DNA of 64,000 nucleotides, taken from assembly GCA_963769825.1 (NCBI GenBank), contig CAVYNO010000019.1, positions 29,852 through 93,851 on the forward strand, written 5' to 3'. The stretch comes from an uncultured Acidimicrobiales bacterium (GTDB taxonomy: Bacteria; Actinomycetota; Acidimicrobiia; Acidimicrobiales; RAAP-2). The notes below the pieces were generated by a model that was not told the origin of the DNA, ran no database searches, and saw only the letters and a list, made by a program, of their open reading frames with translations. Every line of letters begins with the position of its first letter. Positions within the stretch are counted from its first letter, which is position 1. Positions 58,859 through 64,000 of this stretch are shown here, one piece after another. The translations under genes were made by a program, and so were the position numbers.

Positions 58859-59232
58859 TAGGACGGACGGTAGTCATCGCAGCAGGGCTCGCCACCGTGG
58901 CCCTGCTTGCCTCCAGCGGCACCGGCTCAGCTGTACCCACCTCCAACGTGGTGCCCGGACAGCAGTGGACGTTCGAGGTCGACAACGGTGGCGGTTGTGA
59001 GCTCTTCGACATCGGCACCAAGCACAGCTGGACCGACATTCACTTCCCGGACGACTTCGGCACCTACTCCGGCGGGGGGAACTCGATCACCATCCAATAC
59101 GGAGACAAGGCCCTCAGCTTCCAGGGCCACTACTTCGCCGCACCCAACGAGTTCATCGGAAGGACCAACGGTGGCAACATCGCTCAGCTGGTCGAAGGCG
59201 CGGTGTCGACGTGGGATGGGGTTCCCTGCTGA
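58855..59232 (+). CDS. Small secreted hypothetical protein
   Basis: ATG 58855 in ORF 58699..59232. Signal peptide MVGRTVVIAAGLATVALLASSGTGSA. Two Cys residues. Confidence 0.6.
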   Translation: MVGRTVVIAAGLATVALLASSGTGSAVPTSNVVPGQQWTFEVDNGGGCELFDIGTKHSWTDIHFPDDFGTYSGGGNSITIQYGDKALSFQGHYFAAPNEFIGRTNGGNIAQLVEGAVSTWDGVPC

Positions 59233-59256
59233 TCGTGATGGGGTTCCCTCCTGATC
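59215..59256 (+). repeat. 22-bp-period tandem duplication spanning the last 5 codons and the stop codon
   Basis: GATGGGGTTCCCTGCTGATC (59215-59234), gt, GATGGGGTTCCCTCCTGATC (59237-59256). One mismatch. Confidence 0.85.
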
Positions 59257-59442
59257 TTCTGTGACGGCCTGAGCGCTCGGATGCGTTGGGGCCCCCACGG
59301 GACCGGTGGCCAATCAGCGGGGCTTCCCACGTGTCGGGTCGCGCACCGCCGCTCCGTGGGGAAGGCCACGATCGGGCACCGATCGAAGGAGGGCCCCCGG
59401 CGGGCGCTTGCCAGATGACCCGCCGCACACCACGCTGGTGAC

Positions 59443-60276
59443 ATGGGTGACCTTGCCGCGGACACCGCCGTCCAGCCGAACGGTGACGGACGCTTCACGG
59501 CCTGTCTGCAGCCGGACTGGGAGATCTGGGGACCCATGGGTGGCTACGTGGCCGCCTGCGCGCTGCGGGCCGTGGGAGCCGCGAGCCAGCACGCCAGACC
59601 GGCGACGTTCTCCTGCCACTATCTGGGAATAGCTGACTTCGCCCCGGTCGACATCAGGGTCGAGCAGCGCAAAGGAGGCAGATCGGCCAGCTCGCACCGC
59701 GTGGAGATCGAACAAGGTGGGCGCCCGATCCTCGATGCCATGGTCTGGAGCGTGGGCGACGACCTCGAAGGGCTGGAGCACGACGAGACCGTCGCCCCAC
59801 AGGTCCCAGGACCGGACGAGCTTCCCAGCGTGCGGGAGCTGTTGCCGGAGCAGCGTCGGGTGTCGTACCCGTTCTGGAACAACCTCGAGTCGAAGCCCCT
59901 GGACTTCGAGCCCGACTGGCCCCCGTCAGGACCGCGTCCGGCGCAGTGGCGCGAGTGGTTGCGATTCGTCCCTACGCCGTGCTTCTCGGACCCGTGGGTG
60001 GATGCAGTCCGCTCCGTGATCCTCGTGGATCTGCCCAGTTGGCCTTCGGCCCACCGGCCGCACGCGTGGCGTAACCCGACCTGGGTCGCGCCGACGCTCG
60101 ATCTCAACGTCGCCTTTCACGCACCGACCGGGCAGCACGAGTGGCTCTTGTGCGACGGCCAGGCTCCGTTGTCGACCGACGGGCTGTTCGGCTGGACGGC
60201 GCGAATCTGGTCGGCCGGTGGCCAGTTGCATGCCTCAGGTGGTGGGCAGTGCCTCTATCGCAGGTTGCCCGGCTGA
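59443..60276 (+). CDS. Acyl-CoA thioesterase II-like (double hot-dog) protein
   Basis: ORF 59443..60276. Overall TesB-like pattern (…GGYVAACALRAVG… / …LDLNVAFHAP…GLFGWTARIWSAGGQLHASGGGQCLYR). Confidence 0.7.
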   Translation: MGDLAADTAVQPNGDGRFTACLQPDWEIWGPMGGYVAACALRAVGAASQHARPATFSCHYLGIADFAPVDIRVEQRKGGRSASSHRVEIEQGGRPILDAMVWSVGDDLEGLEHDETVAPQVPGPDELPSVRELLPEQRRVSYPFWNNLESKPLDFEPDWPPSGPRPAQWREWLRFVPTPCFSDPWVDAVRSVILVDLPSWPSAHRPHAWRNPTWVAPTLDLNVAFHAPTGQHEWLLCDGQAPLSTDGLFGWTARIWSAGGQLHASGGGQCLYRRLPG

Positions 60277-60289
60277 GAGAACACCTGCG

Positions 60290-61988
60290 TTACCGGGTAC
60301 CTGGCGTGGGGCTCCGGACGGCCCGGTCGAGCGCCTCGGCGTCGGCTGGGAGCAGCCGTCGGTAGGCGGCGTCCTTCTCCGGGCGCCACCAGACGGGATC
60401 ACCGGTGTTCCACCCCTCGGCCCGGAGCACCCGCTTGAGTACCTTGGTGGTAGCGGTCACCGGGAGCTCGTCGGCGATCCGCACATACCGGGGCGACCAC
60501 TTGGTGCCCAGATCCGACTGGGCGGCCAGAAAGGCGTCGAAGCCGTCGGGGTCGAACGAGGTGCCCGGCCGCAGCAGGAGCGTGGCCATCACCTGGTCCC
60601 CGACCACGGTGTCCGGCACGGCGTAGACCGACGCCAGCACCACGCCGGGATGCCGCTGCAGGAGCTCCTCGACCGGGGCGGCTGCGAAGTTCTCGCCGTC
60701 CACCCGTAGCCAGTCGAAGTCCCGCCCCCCGAAGTAGAAGAAGTCCTCCTCGTCCCGGTAGCCCAGATCGCCCGTCCAGTACCAGCCGTTCCGGACCCGG
60801 GCCGCCTCGGCCTCGGCGTTGTGCCAGTAGCCCTCGAAGCCGGTCGCCCCGGTCTGGGAGACCATCTCGCCGATGGCCTCCTCTGCATTGAGCAGCCGGC
60901 CATCCTGGTCGAACGCGGCCCGGGGGCATTCCTCCCCCGTCTCCGGGTTGACGATGATGGTTCCCGGCAGTGCCCGCCCGAGCGCGCCCCGGGGAGTATC
61001 GGACGTGCGCTGCACAGTCGCGCCGCCCTCGGTGGATCCGTAGGCGTCTTGGACGGTGCAGCCGAACCGCTCGGCGAACCGGGCCACGTCGGCTTCGGCG
61101 GCCTCGTTGCCGAAGGCGCGCCGCAGGGTGTTGTCGGCGTCGTCGGGGCGCTCAGGGGTGGCTAGGATGTAGGAGAGCGGCTTGCCCACGTAGTTGAAGT
61201 AGGTCACCCCGTAGCGCCTGACGTCGGGGAGGAACTGTGAGGCACTGAATCGCTCACGCAGCGCGACCGTCGCCCCGGCGGCCAGGGCCGGCGCCCACCC
61301 GGCCATCAGGGCGTTGGAGTGGAAGAGCGGCATGGCCATGTAGCAGACGTCGTCGGAGGTCAGCTCGAACATCTGAGCCACGATCCCTCCGATGCGCGCC
61401 AGGCGACCTTGGCTGCAGAGACATGCCTTGGGCGCGCCTGACGTCCCGGAGGTGAACAGGAGAAGACCGAGGGTCTCCTCGGTCACCGCCGTCTGGGCCG
61501 GATCGGGGAGCGGGCCATGGGCCACGCCGAGCATCAGATCTCGATAAGGGGTGCCACCCTCGCCCTCCGACCCGTCCGTGGCGAGGTCGCCGGACGGGTC
61601 GTCGACCACCAGGATGCGGTCGGAGGGGAGGGCCTGACCGAGGTCGTGGCCGTCGACCAGGGGTCGGTAGTCCGAGCTGGTGATGAGCAGCTGGCACTCG
61701 GTGTGGGCCAGGTCGCGGGCCAGCTCGTCACCCCGGTGGGTCGGGTTGCCCCCGACCAGCACGGCTCCGGCGAGGGCGGCGCCACCCATCCAGAACACGA
61801 ATTCGGGGACGTTGTCGAGCAGAAGTGCCACATGGAACGGTCCCGGGGTGCGGAGCGCGGCCAGGGCCGCGGCCCGATCGGACTGGGCCCGCAGTACCTG
61901 GTCGTGGGTCCATGCACGGTCGCCGAACAGGAGGCCTGTGCCGCGGGTTGTCGGCCTGGCTTCGGATCAGCTCATCGATGGTCTGCAT
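60290..61988 (-). CDS. AMP-dependent acyl-CoA synthetase (FadD17-like), N-terminal ~50 codons displaced by a frameshift near 61930
   Basis: ORF 60290..61831 (LLFTSGTSGAPKA AMP-binding motif, WYWTGDLGYRDEEDFFYFGGR). The same frame continues upstream as GLLFGDRAWTHDQVLRAQSDRAAALAALRTPGPFHVALLLDNVPEF. The only start (MQTIDELIRSQADNP) is in ORF 61728..61988, in another frame. Confidence 0.82.
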
Positions 61989-62201
61989 AGCTCCTCAGGT
62001 CGGGTCCATCGGGTGGACTGCCGAGCCGGGTGATCGGCCGAAGGCCTCCTCGGGCTGCCGGCCGAGAGTACGCCGATCTGCATCTTTTCGGGCCCGCCAC
62101 GCTCAAATCTGGAACACGTTGCAATTTAGCAAGCGTACTGTTACCGTGATCCCACGCCTGCCGTGATCCGGCGCCTGCGCCGACGGAGAGGAGCGCCCCG
62201 C

Positions 62202-63425
62202 ATGGAGTTCGGAGTCTTTCTCAACGGGTACCTGCCCGGCCCGGCCGCTCACGATCCAACCTGCGAGCACGAGATGCTCAGGCGCGAGATGGCCTATGTC
62301 ATCGAAGCCGACAAGTACAACTGGAAGTACGCCTGGCTGGGCGAGCACCACAGCCTCACCGAGTACAGCCACATGTCGGCGCCAGAGGTGATCATGGGAT
62401 ATCTCGCCCATGCCACGGACCGCATCCATGTCGGCACCGGCATCATGAACATCTCGCCCCGCGTCAACCACCCGGTGCGCTGTGCTGAGCGAGTCACCAT
62501 GCTCGACCATGTCTTCGAGGGCCGGTTCGAGTGGGGGACCGGCCGGGGTGCCGGCAGCCACGAGATCGCCGCCTTCAACATCCTCGACAAGAACTCCACC
62601 AAGGCGGAGTGGAACGAGGTCATCCGCCAAATCCCGCGCATGTGGGAAGAGCAGGACTACATGTACGAAGGGGAGAGCTTCACCGTCCCGTACCCCCACA
62701 ACATCCTGCCCAAGCCGTACAAGCGCCAGGGCCATCCGCCGATCTGGGTCGGCTGCGGCAATCCCGGAACCTTCACGCAGGCCGGCGAGCTCGGCATCGG
62801 GGCCATCGCCTTCAACTTCGAGCCTATCTACAACCTCCGGGGACGGATCGAGGCCTACAAGGAGGGCATCGCCAACTGCACTGAGCCTCTGGGCCAATTC
62901 AAGAACGACAACGTGATGATGACCAACGCGGTCATCTGCCTGAGCGACCGGAAGAAGGCACGAAAGGTGGCCCTGCGCCACGGCCGTGGCTACCTCTACT
63001 CCTTGGTGTGCAACTACCACGACACCATTCCCCACGAGGAGGGTGTCCCGGTCTGGCCCGAGCGTCCGCATACCATCACAGACGAGAGCATGCTCGACCA
63101 CCTCATCGAGGGGGGCTGGCTCCTCTGCGGTGAGCCCGACGAGGTGGCCGAGCAGGTGGCCCGCTACCAGACGGTCGGCTGTGATCAGCTGGTCTTCGGG
63201 CTGCCGTCCGATTCCTTCATGGAGGACGAGGTCCACGAGATGCTCGAGGTCTTCGGGTCCAAGGTCATCCCGCAGTTCGACTCCGACCCGGTCCACTCGA
63301 CCACCCGGTACCGCCAGACCGCGCAGCGCAAGTACAAGGAGCTCAACTTCCCCGTCCCCGACATCAAGGTGGAGGAGCTACCGACCAACGCCTTGATCCA
63401 GTTGGACGGGACCCGCACCCTTTGA
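62202..63425 (+). CDS. LLM-class flavin/F420-dependent monooxygenase
   Basis: GGAGAGGAG RBS then ATG 62202 in ORF 62163..63425. MEFGVFLNGY...WLGEHHSLTEYS...GRFEWGTGRGAG. Confidence 0.85.
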   Translation: MEFGVFLNGYLPGPAAHDPTCEHEMLRREMAYVIEADKYNWKYAWLGEHHSLTEYSHMSAPEVIMGYLAHATDRIHVGTGIMNISPRVNHPVRCAERVTMLDHVFEGRFEWGTGRGAGSHEIAAFNILDKNSTKAEWNEVIRQIPRMWEEQDYMYEGESFTVPYPHNILPKPYKRQGHPPIWVGCGNPGTFTQAGELGIGAIAFNFEPIYNLRGRIEAYKEGIANCTEPLGQFKNDNVMMTNAVICLSDRKKARKVALRHGRGYLYSLVCNYHDTIPHEEGVPVWPERPHTITDESMLDHLIEGGWLLCGEPDEVAEQVARYQTVGCDQLVFGLPSDSFMEDEVHEMLEVFGSKVIPQFDSDPVHSTTRYRQTAQRKYKELNFPVPDIKVEELPTNALIQLDGTRTL

Positions 63426-63802
63426 GGGTCCCACCCTTTGGGTAGAGCGTCACCAGGTTCGTCTAGGACGAGCCCTCCGACAAGACCTCGTAGGCGGCCT
63501 CAAATCCGTACACGCTCGACGATGCCGGTAGGGGGACGCTCAGGACCTCGCCGGCCCCGGAACCGACGTCCCACCCAACTGACGAGGTAGGGGAGTCGTG
63601 AACGCCGATGGAATCTCGTAGTTGAGCCAGAGCTGTCAGGACTCTTCTGGATCAGTCCAGACTGGTCGGCCGTGCAGTGTGGATCGGCAAATGGCTGGTC
63701 AACTGAGTAGAAGTGTCAAAGTCGCCGGGGTGTGCCCCATTCGCTAGCGTCACAGATGTACCGCAGTGTCCCTGAGCGATAGAAGCGAGATACCTCCTGC
63801 CC

Positions 63803-64000
63803 ATGAGCCGACGTCACGCCCACTCTCGACCCCGTCAGTTCGCTCGCCACCCATTCAGGCTGCTGACGGTGTCCGCTCTCATAGCCGGATCGTTTATGGC
63901 GGCTGGTCCCGCCGTCTTGTCCTCGCACGCAGCTTCAGCGCCGAATACATGCCAGTCGACCTCGGAGCAGCCCCGCGAGTATGACCACGGCTCGCCGCTA
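63803..64000 (+). CDS. Partial (5' end only) secreted hypothetical protein, running off the window
   Basis: ATG 63803, open to 64000 in frame 2 by my own translation (not in the ORF track). MSRRHAHSRPRQFARHPFRLLTVSALIAGSFMAAGPAVLSSHAASA looks like a signal peptide. Confidence 0.35.
   Translation, partial: MSRRHAHSRPRQFARHPFRLLTVSALIAGSFMAAGPAVLSSHAASAPNTCQSTSEQPREYDHGSPL

Noticed and set aside
62103-63296. 397-aa minus-strand ORF
   Set aside because: Antisense shadow of the LLM monooxygenase gene 62202..63425.

Overview
High-GC actinobacterial-type chromosomal segment. Supporting markers: mycothiol/DinB-type isomerases, four F420/LLM-type oxidoreductases, a DUF222-HNH gene, and SARP/BTAD and ECF-sigma regulators. 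I can support about 65 protein-coding genes. I recognised no rRNA, tRNA, CRISPR array, integrase or transposase.

Layout:
- 0-15 kb: metabolic and housekeeping genes. These include a HemK-like methyltransferase, a secreted double-repeat protein, sulfatase, esterase, P450, AKR, SDR, ACAD, trpD and a DEDDh/GIY-YIG exonuclease.
- 15.0-24.8 kb: a visibly lower-GC block. It holds a MerR regulator, small secreted/membrane proteins, a methyltransferase, cupin, PPOX, an APH-like kinase and a GAF/degenerate-GGDEF protein.
- 25-33 kb: a DUF5666-like secreted protein, a methyltransferase, an F420 LLM enzyme, a DinB-family protein, ltaE, ettA and a Tat-exported phospholipase C/phosphoesterase.
- 33.9-44.6 kb: the most system-like locus. 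It is an 11-gene same-strand, mostly 4-nt-overlapping Tad/Flp-type pilus operon. Gene order is unknown secreted protein, CpaB-like, TadZ-like, TadA, TadB, TadC, Flp-like, TadE x2 and TadG-like. The operon ends in a 1055-aa membrane LysM + SARP/BTAD protein.
- 44.7-64 kb: DUF222-HNH, LLM enzymes, an NCS1 permease, an igr-like (P450/ACAD/MaoC/DUF35/Ltp) lipid or steroid side-chain beta-oxidation cluster, a VOC protein, a SigG-type sigma factor, a thioesterase, an acyl-CoA synthetase and an LLM monooxygenase.

Two recurrent oddities:
1. At least 11 apparent single-nucleotide frameshifts interrupt otherwise well-conserved genes, including ettA.
2. Several perfect short tandem repeats (8, 13, 15, 15-16 and 20 bp units) lie in promoter-proximal intergenic DNA of genes several of which encode exported proteins; 19- and 22-bp duplications lie at gene 3' ends.

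All functional calls come from motif recognition by eye on the supplied translations. No database search was run.
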